In this document: one piece after another, positions 19,480-27,913 of the stretch
Numbering within the stretch: the stretch's first letter is position 1
Layout: every line of letters begins with the position of its first letter
NCBI GenBank assembly: GCA_016207565.1
Contig: JACQPK010000125.1
Span: 1-40,737, forward strand
DNA length: 40,737 nucleotides
DNA from: Elusimicrobiota bacterium
Lineage (GTDB): Bacteria > Elusimicrobiota > Elusimicrobia > UBA1565 > JACRDR01
Reading direction: 5' to 3'
The notes under the pieces: model-generated
What the model was told of the DNA's origin: nothing
Databases searched by the model: none
The model's input: only the letters and a program-made list of their open reading frames with translations
Made by a program: the position numbers and the translations under genes

Positions 19480-21492
19480 TCACGAGCGTGTCGCGCTGTC
19501 GGATGGCGTGTCGCTGCGTTCGAGCACCTCGCGCACCTTCCGCGCGATGGCCTCGGGAGTGAACGGCTTTTGGATCAGGACCGCGCCCGGCTTGAGCAGG
19601 CCCTTCTCCGAGAACGCGCCCTCGTTGTTCCCCGAAATGAAGAGCACCTTCATTCCCGGCCTCCGCCCGAGGACCTTCTCTGCCAGTTGCGGACCCGTCA
19701 TCCGCGGCATCGCGACGTCGGTCACCAAGAGCGCCACAGGCCTCTCCTCGCGCTCGAGCAAGGCGAGTCCCTCCTCGCCGCCCGAGGCCGCGAGCACGCG
19801 GTAGCCCCGCGAGGAGAGCGAGCGCTCGACGATCGTGCGCACCGCCTCCTCGTCCTCGACCACGAGCACCGTCTCGCGGCCCTCCGGTACGACGCCCTCC
19901 GGCGGGGCCTCGGCGTCCTCTCGGCGCTCGGCGGCGGGGAGCAGCACGCGGAAGATCGAGCCCTGGCCGGGCTCGCTCCACACTTCAATCTCGCCGCCGC
20001 TCTGGGTCACGATGCCGTAGGCCGTCGAGAGCCCGAGCCCCGTCCCCTTTTCCTTTGGCTTGGTCGTGAAGAAGGGCTCGAAGATATGCCGGAGGACGTC
20101 CGGCTCCATCCCCGTACCCGTGTCCGCGACCGCCAGTTGCAGCCAGTCCGCTTCGCCTCCTCCGGCGGCCGGGCGCCTCAGCATGGCGGTCGACAGCGTC
20201 ACCGAACCGCCGTCCGGCATCGCGTCGCGGGCGTTGACGCACAGGTTGAGCAGGACCTGCTCGAACTGTCCCGGGTCGATGAAGGTCCAGGCCAGCTCCG
20301 GCTCGAGTTTGAGCTCTAGCTGGATCGTGTCGCCCAGGAGGCATTTCAGCATCTTCGACATCGAACCGACGGCGTCGTTGAGGTTCACGCTGCAGGGAGC
20401 CAGCACCTGGCGCCGGCTGAACGTCAGCAGATGGCGCGTGAGCCCCGCCGCGCGGTCGGAGGCGCGGGCGATCTCCTCGGCGTCCTGGCGCCTCGGGTCC
20501 GCCGGCTCGAGCGCGTTGACGAGGAAGCTGGAGTAGCCGCGGATCGCCGTCAGGATGTTGTTGAAGTCGTGCGCGATTCCGCCGGCGAGCCGGCCGATCG
20601 CATCCATCTTCTGCGAATGGAGGGCCCTCTCCTCGGAGCGCGCCAGGAGCACCACGCCCGAGAAGATGCCGGCCGCCGTGCGCGCGAACTCCATCTGTCC
20701 GGGGCCCGGCGCCGCTCCGGCCTTCAGGTACAGGGAGAGGGCGCCGAGCGTCTCCCCGGCTCCCTTGAGCGGCAGGGTGAGATTTCCGTGCGGCGGCATG
20801 CCGTCATAGTGCGCGTCGTGCCGCTCGTCGGTTCCTAGGGCCAAGAGCTCCTCGCCGGACTGGGCCACCTTGCCGCACAGGCACTCGCCCAGGCGCAGGC
20901 GGGCGCAGCGCTTGCGCGCCGGAGCGCCGAGGCCGACCTGGGCCGCCATGCGCAGCCCGGCTCCGTCTCGCACCATCACGCAGCCTTTGCGCTCGACGTC
21001 GAACCACGTGGTGTGGACGAGGCAATCGAGCATGCGGTTGAGCTTGGCCTCCAGGGAAACCGGCTCGAGCGACAGGCGCAAGAGCTCGTTGAGCCGGTCC
21101 TGGTAGTGGAGGACGTCCTGAAGGCGCTTCTGCTCGCGCATCCGGTCCGTCACGTCCTCCACCAGCTCGATCGCGCCGGTGATCCGGCCCGCGCCGTCGA
21201 TGATGGGAGTCGCGACGATCCGGTAGTTCACGGTCATATGGCCTCGCGGAGTCTCGGTCACGGCCTCGTGCGCCTGGCCGTCTTGAAGCGTCTTGACGAC
21301 CGGGCAGTAGGAGCAGGGGCCGTCGCGGGGCGGGTCGTTGTAGGTCCGATAGCAGAGGGGCTTCGCCTTCGGGTCGATGGCCGGGTACCATTCCCGCATC
21401 GTGGAGTTGATCGACAGGATCTCGAAGTTCGAGGAGACGGCCGCGATCCCGGCGCCGAGGCTGTCCGCGACCGCCAGCATCGAGAGGTCCAC
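19480..21492 (-). CDS. Hybrid sensor histidine kinase: PAS - GAF - HisKA - HATPase - receiver
   Basis: The H-box is GIAHDFNNILTAI. The ATPase motifs are VADTGTGM and GTGLGLS. The receiver motifs are VLVVEDEEAVR...LLVTDVAMPRMTG...QKPF. GTG 21492 has TATACT 6 nt upstream. Confidence 0.9.
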   Translation of the reverse strand: MDLSMLAVADSLGAGIAAVSSNFEILSINSTMREWYPAIDPKAKPLCYRTYNDPPRDGPCSYCPVVKTLQDGQAHEAVTETPRGHMTVNYRIVATPIIDGAGRITGAIELVEDVTDRMREQKRLQDVLHYQDRLNELLRLSLEPVSLEAKLNRMLDCLVHTTWFDVERKGCVMVRDGAGLRMAAQVGLGAPARKRCARLRLGECLCGKVAQSGEELLALGTDERHDAHYDGMPPHGNLTLPLKGAGETLGALSLYLKAGAAPGPGQMEFARTAAGIFSGVVLLARSEERALHSQKMDAIGRLAGGIAHDFNNILTAIRGYSSFLVNALEPADPRRQDAEEIARASDRAAGLTRHLLTFSRRQVLAPCSVNLNDAVGSMSKMLKCLLGDTIQLELKLEPELAWTFIDPGQFEQVLLNLCVNARDAMPDGGSVTLSTAMLRRPAAGGGEADWLQLAVADTGTGMEPDVLRHIFEPFFTTKPKEKGTGLGLSTAYGIVTQSGGEIEVWSEPGQGSIFRVLLPAAERREDAEAPPEGVVPEGRETVLVVEDEEAVRTIVERSLSSRGYRVLAASGGEEGLALLEREERPVALLVTDVAMPRMTGPQLAEKVLGRRPGMKVLFISGNNEGAFSEKGLLKPGAVLIQKPFTPEAIARKVREVLERSDTPSDSATRS

Positions 21493-21541
21493 GACCGGAG
21501 TATAGCCGGCGCGGCTTAACTGCCGCTTAATTCTTCAAAGC

Positions 21542-21573
21542 AAGAGCCCCCGGCCGATAGGCCGGGGGCTCTT
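21542..21573 (-). terminator. Intrinsic terminator of glnN
   Basis: AAGAGCCCCCGGCC-gata-GGCCGGGGGCTCTT forms a perfect 14-bp stem. It begins 20 nt after the stop, and on the minus strand it is followed by GCTTTGAAGAATT. Confidence 0.75.
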
Positions 21574-21592
21574 CAGGCGAAGACGTTCCCGC

Positions 21593-23767
21593 TTAGAGCA
21601 GGAAGAGCATCTCGCGGTACTTCGGGAGCTGCCAGAGGCAGTTCTCGACCACGCCTTCCGTGCGGTCGCACGCGCAGCGCAGGTCGTTGAGCGCCGACAC
21701 GCCCTTGGTGCAGAGAAGCTTCGCCTTCTTCGACAGAGACTTCTCGGCGTCGGCGGCCTCGAGGGCCGCGTCGACGGCGGCGATTCCCTCGTCGATCTCG
21801 GCGGCGAGCTTGCCCAGCTCGACGACCTTGGACTTGAGCGCGTTGCCCGCGCTCTTGCCCGCGGCGTCGAGCTTCCCGGCCGCGTCGCCGTAGCTCGAGA
21901 CCTGCCGGGCGAGCGTCGGGAGCACGAACTGCAGCGCCAACTCCTTGAGGAGCTTGAGCTCGATCTCCTTCGTCTTTGCGTAGGCCTCGAGCTTGATGTC
22001 GTATTTGGCGTGGACCTCCTCCTTCCTGAGGACGCCGTACTTCTCGTAGAGGGCGATCACGTCCTTGTCGGTGAGGATCTCGAGCGCCTCCGGGGTCGTC
22101 TTGGCGTTCGGGAGGCCGCGCTTCGCCGCCTCCTTCTGCCACTCCTCGGAGTAGCCGTTGCCTTCGAAGCGCACGCGCTTGGTCTGCTTGACGATCTCCT
22201 TGACCACCCCGAGCGCCTTCGGCGTGATGTCCTCGGCGCCGCTCTTCTCGAGCTTCGAGAGGACGACGTCGAGTCCGTAGGCGACGATGAGGTTCATCGC
22301 CGTCGCCGGCTCCGAGCAGTTCTGCGACGCGCCGACCGCGCGGAACTCGAACTTGTTGCCCGTGAACGCGATGGGCGAGGTCCGGTTCCGGTCCGAGTTG
22401 TCGAGCGCCAACGCCGGCAGCCGCTTCAAGCCGGTCTCCAGCGCCGCGCGGGTGGCCTCGGTCTCGCCCGCGCCTTTCTCGATCTCCGTGAGCAGCTTGT
22501 CGAGGAAGGTGCCGAGGTAGACCGACATGATCGCCGGCGGCGCCTCGTTGGCGCCGAGCCGGTGGTCGTTGCCCGCGTCGGCGACCGCCGCGCGGAGCAG
22601 CGCGCCGTACTTATCGACGCCCGCCAGGATCGCCGAGAGAAAGACCAGGAACTGCACGTTCTTCTTCGGGGCCAGGCCCGGCTCGAGCAGGTTGTTGCCG
22701 TCGGAGTCGCCCATCGACCAGTTCAGGTGCTTGCCGGAGCCGTTGATGCCCTGGAAGGGCTTCTCGTGCAGCAGGATCGCGAAGCCGTGCTCATCGGCGA
22801 TCTTGCGCATGATCTCCATGGCCTGCAGGTTGTGGTCGATCGCGAGGTTCGCCTCCTCATAGATGGGGGCGATCTCGAACTGGTTCGGCGCCACCTCGTT
22901 GTGGCGCGTCTTGGCCGGGATGCCGCGCTCGAACAGCGCCTTGTCCACGTCGGCCATGAAGTCGAGCACCTTCGGCTTGATCGAGCCGAAGTAGTGGTCT
23001 TCCATCTGCTGGTGCTTGGCCGCGCTCGCGCCGAAGAGCGTCCGGCCCGCGTAGACCAGGTCGGGCCGCCGGTTGAAGAATTCCTTCGAGACGAGGAAGT
23101 ACTCCTGCTCGGGGCCGACGGTCACCCGGACGTACTTCGCGGTTCGGTTTCCGAAGAGCTTGAGGACGCGGTAGGCGCGGTCCTCGATCGCGTGCAGCGA
23201 CCGGAGCAGCGGGGTCTTCATGTCCAGGACTTCGCCGGTCCACGATAGGTACGCGGTCGGGATGACCAGCGTCACCGACTTGCCGGTCCGGAGCACGAAG
23301 GCCGGCGACGTCGGATCCCAGGCGGTGTAGCCGCGCGCCTCGAACGTGGAGCGCATGCCCCCCGACGGGAAGGAGGAGGCGTCGGGCTCGCCTTGGATGA
23401 GCTGGCGGCCCGAGAATCGCTGGATCGGGGTGCCCGTGCGGTCGAAGGTCAGGAAAGCGTCGTGCTTCTCGGCGGTGACGCCGCGCTGCGGCTGGAACCA
23501 ATGGCAGAAGTGGGTGGCGCCCATGGCGAGGGCCCATTCCTTCATCGCGTGGGCGACCTCGTCGGCGATCTCGACGTCGAGCTTCTCGTTGTTCTCGATC
23601 GTGTTCAGCAGCTTCTCGTAGACGGACTTCGACAGGTACTTGGCCATGGCCTTCTTGTTGAAGGTCAAAGCCCCGAATGTGTCGGCGATGGGCCTGCGGT
23701 CGGGATGGTCCTCCCGAAGCGCGAGGTTCTTGATCATCTCCTCCACGTTGCTGTGCTCCGATACCAT
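21593..23767 (-). CDS. glnN: Glutamine synthetase type III
   Basis: The 724-aa length is typical of GSIII. Motifs are HFCHWFQP, NGSGKHLNWS and ENNEKLD. ATG 23767 has GGAGG 5 nt upstream. Confidence 0.9.
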   Translation of the reverse strand: MVSEHSNVEEMIKNLALREDHPDRRPIADTFGALTFNKKAMAKYLSKSVYEKLLNTIENNEKLDVEIADEVAHAMKEWALAMGATHFCHWFQPQRGVTAEKHDAFLTFDRTGTPIQRFSGRQLIQGEPDASSFPSGGMRSTFEARGYTAWDPTSPAFVLRTGKSVTLVIPTAYLSWTGEVLDMKTPLLRSLHAIEDRAYRVLKLFGNRTAKYVRVTVGPEQEYFLVSKEFFNRRPDLVYAGRTLFGASAAKHQQMEDHYFGSIKPKVLDFMADVDKALFERGIPAKTRHNEVAPNQFEIAPIYEEANLAIDHNLQAMEIMRKIADEHGFAILLHEKPFQGINGSGKHLNWSMGDSDGNNLLEPGLAPKKNVQFLVFLSAILAGVDKYGALLRAAVADAGNDHRLGANEAPPAIMSVYLGTFLDKLLTEIEKGAGETEATRAALETGLKRLPALALDNSDRNRTSPIAFTGNKFEFRAVGASQNCSEPATAMNLIVAYGLDVVLSKLEKSGAEDITPKALGVVKEIVKQTKRVRFEGNGYSEEWQKEAAKRGLPNAKTTPEALEILTDKDVIALYEKYGVLRKEEVHAKYDIKLEAYAKTKEIELKLLKELALQFVLPTLARQVSSYGDAAGKLDAAGKSAGNALKSKVVELGKLAAEIDEGIAAVDAALEAADAEKSLSKKAKLLCTKGVSALNDLRCACDRTEGVVENCLWQLPKYREMLFLL

Positions 23768-23838
23768 TGGGCCTCCATTGTTGGCTCCCACCGCCCTGGC
23801 GGTGGGATAGCGTAGGGTAGCGATTTGGAGGAGCCATA

Positions 23839-23854
23839 TGCAAGCGTGAAGCCC
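23839..23854 (-). promoter_or_regulatory. Sigma54-type (-24/-12) promoter candidate for glnN
   Basis: The minus strand reads GGGC-ttcacgc-TTGCA, which has the correct GG-N10-GC spacing. It lies about 70 nt upstream of the ATG. This gene has a leader with SD, unlike most genes in this window. Confidence 0.45.
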
Positions 23855-23885
23855 CCAATTTGCGGAAGTCGGGGGTCCGCGGGCT

Positions 23886-23915
23886 GCGAAAATGTCACGA
23901 AACGGTCATTTTCGC
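23886..23915. promoter_or_regulatory. 9-bp inverted repeat GCGAAAATG-N12-CATTTTCGC (enhancer-binding site or terminator of 23923..25350)
   Basis: The arms are perfect and AT-rich. It lies 8 nt after the stop of 23923..25350, and its near edge is 32 nt upstream of the putative -24 element. Confidence 0.35.
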
Positions 23916-23922
23916 GGCGTGT

Positions 23923-25350
23923 CTAGGCTCCGGCGAGCAGCCACGACAGGATCGACGCGAGGCTCGAAACGAACCCCGGGAGGAGGATCGCGCCCAAGAG
24001 GCCCCCGACGATCGCGCCCAGGAGCGCCGGGCCCAGGGCTGCGGCGACGCCCGGCCAGCCGTCCGCGACCCTGCCCGGACCCGACCGTCCGCCCGCGGCG
24101 CGTCCGAGCGACCAGCCGACGGCCAACCCCAGCATGGCCCCCGCGACCGTCGTGGCTGCCCAGGCGATCGGGAGGGAGAGCATCGCGCCGAGCCCGAGCA
24201 GCGTGGGCCCCGGCGCGCCGCCGTAGTCGGCGGGCGGCGCCGAAGGCGCGGGCGCCGAGTAGGCGCTGTCCACACGCAGATCGAGGTGGCGGCGCATGGC
24301 GTCGAAGAGCGCCGCCGGAGCCGCCTTCTTCTCGAGGTCGCGCGGGTGCTCGGCCCGGCCGGGGTACTCCGCGAACTCGATGCGGATCCGTTCGCCCTCG
24401 ACCCAGCCGTGCAGGGGGCCCGACCGGTAGTGGTGGGTCCACGTGTTGTGGGGCGTATGGGGCGCGACGAAGGGGGCGCGGACCCTTCCGTGGGCGATGG
24501 CGAGGTCGCGGAAGGCGGCCCAGGCCTGCCGGCCGTCTTTGACGTCGATCTCGAGGGCGTAGCGAACGCTGTCGACCGCCTGGTACTTGGGCTCGACGAA
24601 GCGCATGGGAAGCCGCGCACCCTCGACGAGAATGGTCGCCCGGCGCGAGGAGCCGATCAAGTCGGCCGCACGCAGCTCGCTTCGTGCCCGTCCGAGCATC
24701 GGGATGCCGCGGGCGATCGGCGCCGTGAGGGCGGCGGGCGCCATGCGGGGGGACACCGCGGCGACGGTCAGCACGTTGGCCGCCACGGCGTCGGCGTGGC
24801 CCCGGGCGAGCCAGGAGTCGGCGGCCGCGATCAGCCGGCGGCCGAGCATCGAGACGCGGCCGAAGTGTACCCGCTTGACCATCGAACGGGTGTACTCCAG
24901 ATAGTACGTCTCGCGAGGGGTGAACAGGGAAGCGAGCTCCGGCTTCAGGGCGAGCTCCATGTCCTCCCGCAGCAGGAGCGCCTCCGCGCGGTCTTTCGGG
25001 GCGGGCTCCAGGGCGGACGCCAGCAAGGCAGCCTTCACTGCTTGGAGGGCGGCCTTGTAGCGGTCGTCGAAGTCCGGAGCCTGCGCGGTCTCCGCGGGGC
25101 TGTGGCCCAAGCGATGGAGTTGGAAGGCCACCGCGGCGCCCAACGGATTCCGGAGGTCCATGATCCCCTTCGGAAAGGTCTGCCTCCAGGGACCCGCGGC
25201 GGACTCCGAGGCGACGAAGGAGCTCACGCCGCGGGCGAATCCACGAGCGCTCGTGACGGTCGCGGCAGAGCCGCCGGGCGTGCCGACGGCCCGCTGCGCC
25301 GAGGCCGGTGCGGCTTGGAGGATCAGCAGCAGCGTCAGTGTCTTGATCAT
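23923..25350 (-). CDS. Secreted hypothetical protein with C-terminal glycine-zipper TM segments
   Basis: The signal peptide is MIKTLTLLLILQAAPASA. The C-terminus reads GLGAMLSLPIAWAATTVAGAMLGLAVGW...LLGAIVGGLLGAILLPGF. TACGCT lies 6 nt upstream of the ATG. Confidence 0.75.
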   Translation of the reverse strand: MIKTLTLLLILQAAPASAQRAVGTPGGSAATVTSARGFARGVSSFVASESAAGPWRQTFPKGIMDLRNPLGAAVAFQLHRLGHSPAETAQAPDFDDRYKAALQAVKAALLASALEPAPKDRAEALLLREDMELALKPELASLFTPRETYYLEYTRSMVKRVHFGRVSMLGRRLIAAADSWLARGHADAVAANVLTVAAVSPRMAPAALTAPIARGIPMLGRARSELRAADLIGSSRRATILVEGARLPMRFVEPKYQAVDSVRYALEIDVKDGRQAWAAFRDLAIAHGRVRAPFVAPHTPHNTWTHHYRSGPLHGWVEGERIRIEFAEYPGRAEHPRDLEKKAAPAALFDAMRRHLDLRVDSAYSAPAPSAPPADYGGAPGPTLLGLGAMLSLPIAWAATTVAGAMLGLAVGWSLGRAAGGRSGPGRVADGWPGVAAALGPALLGAIVGGLLGAILLPGFVSSLASILSWLLAGA

Positions 25351-25483
25351 GCGGATAGCGTAGGCCCCGGATCCGTCGGGAACCTGAGACCTCGGTGCCT
25401 CGCGCGCGGACCGAAGGCCCGAGAAGCGGCGGGGCCGGCGATCGCGCTTTAGTGACGCTCCGCTTCCTTGCTAGAATCGACCC

Positions 25484-26224
25484 GTGGAAGCCTGCTCTCT
25501 GTGCGGAGCGCCGTTTCAGTGCGGTAAGGATGAGGACCACTGCTGGTGCATGGACCTGCCCGCCCTCTCGAGGCCGAGGCCGGGCGAGACCTGCCTCTGC
25601 CGGAAGTGCCTCGAGCGCGAGGCGAAGACGGGAGCGGGAACGTCGGTCAAGATGCGGCTCGGGAAGCTCGTGTTCGGCACCCGCGAGCGCCTACGCCGCA
25701 TCAAGGGGAAGATCATGGATACCAAGACGGCGGCGGCCGGAAAGCTCTACGATTTCGAGGTGACGCTCAACGACGGCAAGGTCCGGAAGCTGTCGGACTA
25801 CCGGGGCCAGGTGCTCCTCATCGTCAACACGGCCTCGGAGTGCGGGTTCACTCCGCAGTACGAGGGCCTCGAGGCCTTATATAGGAAGTACCAGGACCGC
25901 GGCCTGCGCGTTCTCGGGTTTCCCGCCAACGAGTTCGGCGCCCAGGAGCCCGGGACGGACTCCCAGATCAAAGCGTTCTGCGTGAAGAACTTCGGAGTCA
26001 CCTTCGATCTCTTCGCGAAGATCGTCGTGAAGGGCAAAGGCATCCACCCGCTCTACGAGTTCCTCACGACCGAGTCGGGCCACAACGGGCCGATCCCGTG
26101 GAACTTCGCCAAGTTCGTCGTCGCGCGCGACGGCCGCGTGGCGGAGCGCTTCGGGCCGGACACGGAGCCGCTCGACGCGAAGCTCACGTCGGTCATCGAG
26201 CGCTTGCTCCAGGAGAAGCCGTGA
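25484..26224 (+). CDS. gpx: Cys-rich CWC domain fused in frame to glutathione peroxidase (internal start ATG 25715 possible)
   Basis: The N-terminus CSLCGAPFQCGKDEDHCWCMDLP follows the Cys_rich_CWC pattern. From residue 78 the sequence is a complete GPx (NTASECGFT, GFPANEFGAQEPG, WNFAKFVV). AAGGGGAAG lies 4 nt before ATG 25715. Confidence 0.8.
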   Translation: MEACSLCGAPFQCGKDEDHCWCMDLPALSRPRPGETCLCRKCLEREAKTGAGTSVKMRLGKLVFGTRERLRRIKGKIMDTKTAAAGKLYDFEVTLNDGKVRKLSDYRGQVLLIVNTASECGFTPQYEGLEALYRKYQDRGLRVLGFPANEFGAQEPGTDSQIKAFCVKNFGVTFDLFAKIVVKGKGIHPLYEFLTTESGHNGPIPWNFAKFVVARDGRVAERFGPDTEPLDAKLTSVIERLLQEKP

Positions 26225-27285
26225 AGCGGCTTGCCCTGCTCGTGGCGACCGCGGCGCTCGCCTCCGCCTGCGTGAGCCCCGCGGCCCACCAGAGGACCCA
26301 GGCCGACGCGGACGCCTGGAAAGGCAAGGCCCTGGGCTACGAGCGCGAGCTGGCCGCCCGCGGCTCCGAGCTCGAGACGGCGAAAGGCGAGCTCGCCGCG
26401 GCCCGCTCCAGCCTCGAGGCGCTGCACAACGAGAAGAACGCCGCCGCCGACACGTTCGCGCGCGTCGAGGCGGACCTGCGCGGCAAGCTCGCCGCCGCCG
26501 AAGAGAAGCTGAGGAGCGCCGAGGCTCAGATCGAGTCGCTCAAGGCCTCCGTGAAAGATCTCCAGGCCTCTTCCGAGTCCAGCCAGAGCCAACTCACCAA
26601 GAAAGTCGCCTCGCTGATCGCGGAAAAAGACGGGCTCGCCCAGAAGATCGCCGAGGCTCAAAAGGCGGTCGCCGATCTTCGCGCCGCCAAAGACGCGCAG
26701 ATCGCCGAGCTCACGCAGAAGCTCAACGCGGCGATCGAGGAGAAGACGCAGCTCCAGCAGGCCAAGTCCGCGGCCGAGGCGGCGAAGGCCGAGGCCGAGA
26801 AGGCGAAGGAGGCGGAGCTCGCGCGCGTCCGGCAGAGCTATGAGGACCTCGCCGCGGGCCTGAAGTCGGAGATCCAGGCGGGCGAGGTGAAGCTGACGCA
26901 GCTGCAAGGCAAGCTCACGGTCCAGCTCGTCGACAAGATCCTGTTCGACTCCGGCTCCGACGATATCAAGCCGGCCGGTCGGAAGGTGCTGGGCCGCATC
27001 GGCAAGCTCCTCAACGACGTGCCGGACAGGGACCTGCGGATCGAGGGGCACACTGACAACGTGCCGATCTCCGATGAGCTCCGGGGCCGCTTCGCGAGCA
27101 ACTGGGAGCTCTCGACCGCGCGGGCGACGGCGGTCGCGCGCTACCTCCAAGACGCCGCGAAGGTGGACCCCAAGCGCCTCGTCGCGGCGGGCTTCGGCGA
27201 GTACCGTCCCGTCGCCTCCAACGACCGGCCCGAGACGCGGGCGCTCAACCGGCGGATCGAGATCGCGCTCGTCGCCCGCGAGTAA
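26221..27285 (+). CDS. Lipoprotein with long coiled coil and C-terminal OmpA/MotB peptidoglycan-binding domain
   Basis: GTG 26221 overlaps the gpx stop (GTGA). The lipobox is LASAC. The coiled-coil region is Ala/Glu/Lys-rich with heptads. The OmpA-domain motifs are LRIEGHTDNVPI, NWELSTARA and NRRIEIAL. Confidence 0.85.
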   Translation: MKRLALLVATAALASACVSPAAHQRTQADADAWKGKALGYERELAARGSELETAKGELAAARSSLEALHNEKNAAADTFARVEADLRGKLAAAEEKLRSAEAQIESLKASVKDLQASSESSQSQLTKKVASLIAEKDGLAQKIAEAQKAVADLRAAKDAQIAELTQKLNAAIEEKTQLQQAKSAAEAAKAEAEKAKEAELARVRQSYEDLAAGLKSEIQAGEVKLTQLQGKLTVQLVDKILFDSGSDDIKPAGRKVLGRIGKLLNDVPDRDLRIEGHTDNVPISDELRGRFASNWELSTARATAVARYLQDAAKVDPKRLVAAGFGEYRPVASNDRPETRALNRRIEIALVARE

Positions 27286-27292
27286 GTGGCGA

Positions 27293-27323
27293 AAGTAAAT
27301 GGGGGACTGTCCCCAATTTACTT
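27293..27323. repeat. Palindromic repeat, copy 4 (one arm mismatch), between convergent genes
   Basis: The sequence is AAGTAAATGGGGGAC-T-GTCCCCAATTTACTT. The TAA stop of 27322..27765 lies in its right arm. Confidence 0.85.
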
Positions 27324-27765
27324 ACGCGGTTACGGCGCGGCGGCGGGGGCGCAGGATGGTGCGCTCGTGCTGGATGCGACGGTCCACGTAGGGCCGGCCG
27401 GACGCGATCGCGGCGAGCGCCGCCGCGAAGCAGCGGGACGCGCCGTCGCGCAGCAGGAAGGCGCGCGCTCCCGCCTTTAGCGCCCCGGCGGCCTTCATCC
27501 GGCCGCCTTCGGGGGCGACCGCCACGACGGCGACCCCGGGATGGAGCCTCTTGAGGGCCCGCAGGAGCCCGAGGCCCCCGAGCCGCGGCAGGGAGATGTC
27601 GACCACGATCGCGTCGGGGGCATGCTGCTCGACCGCCTCGACGGCCTCCGCGGCGGTGCCGGCCTCGGCGCAGACGGAGACGCCCGTCAGCGAGTCGAGG
27701 GACCCCGCCAGGCGCATGCCCGGGCGCTCATCGACGACGACGACTTTGGCTCCGCGCTTCCCCAT
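27322..27765 (-). CDS. Stand-alone response-regulator receiver protein
   Basis: Motifs are KVVVVDE and DAIVVDISLP. The start is moved to ATG 27765 (MGKRGAK...), because a perfect TATAAT (27778..27773) lies 7 nt upstream and overlaps the earlier ATG. Confidence 0.75.
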   Translation of the reverse strand: MGKRGAKVVVVDERPGMRLAGSLDSLTGVSVCAEAGTAAEAVEAVEQHAPDAIVVDISLPRLGGLGLLRALKRLHPGVAVVAVAPEGGRMKAAGALKAGARAFLLRDGASRCFAAALAAIASGRPYVDRRIQHERTILRPRRRAVTA

Positions 27766-27913
27766 CCAGCTCATTATAACTCCGGCCTAACTGTAACGGC
27801 CCGACGAAAAACGCGCAATCGGGGAATCCCTCACGGCGACGTCGCGGATGAGACAAATTCATGTCACGCCGTCTTGACTCTGCGAAGGAAAACGGGGATT
27901 TTGTTGCCGCCCC

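Noticed and set aside
23768-23838. A glutamine riboswitch (glnA RNA motif) in the glnN leader.
   Set aside because: The leader has only one simple GC hairpin. It lacks the conserved CGUUC...GGAAGUAGG...AAGGAACGC elements I associate with that motif.
25841-25843. Selenocysteine in the glutathione peroxidase.
   Set aside because: The catalytic codon is TGC (Cys) in NTASECGFT. There is no in-frame TGA and no SECIS-like hairpin is needed.
3941-27323. A possible CRISPR array or tandem repeat array formed by the palindromic repeats.
   Set aside because: The four copies are 6-10 kb apart, are separated by ordinary genes, occur in mixed orientation and have no regular spacers. No cas genes are present.
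27848-27877. A 9-codon mini-ORF (ATGAGACAAATTCATGTCACGCCGTCTTGA) in the AT-rich divergent region between the receiver gene and 27914..28570, considered as a possible leader peptide.
   Set aside because: There is no SD or leaderless-type -10 in front of it. It overlaps the putative TTGACT -35 box of the downstream gene, and I see no attenuator structure coupled to it.
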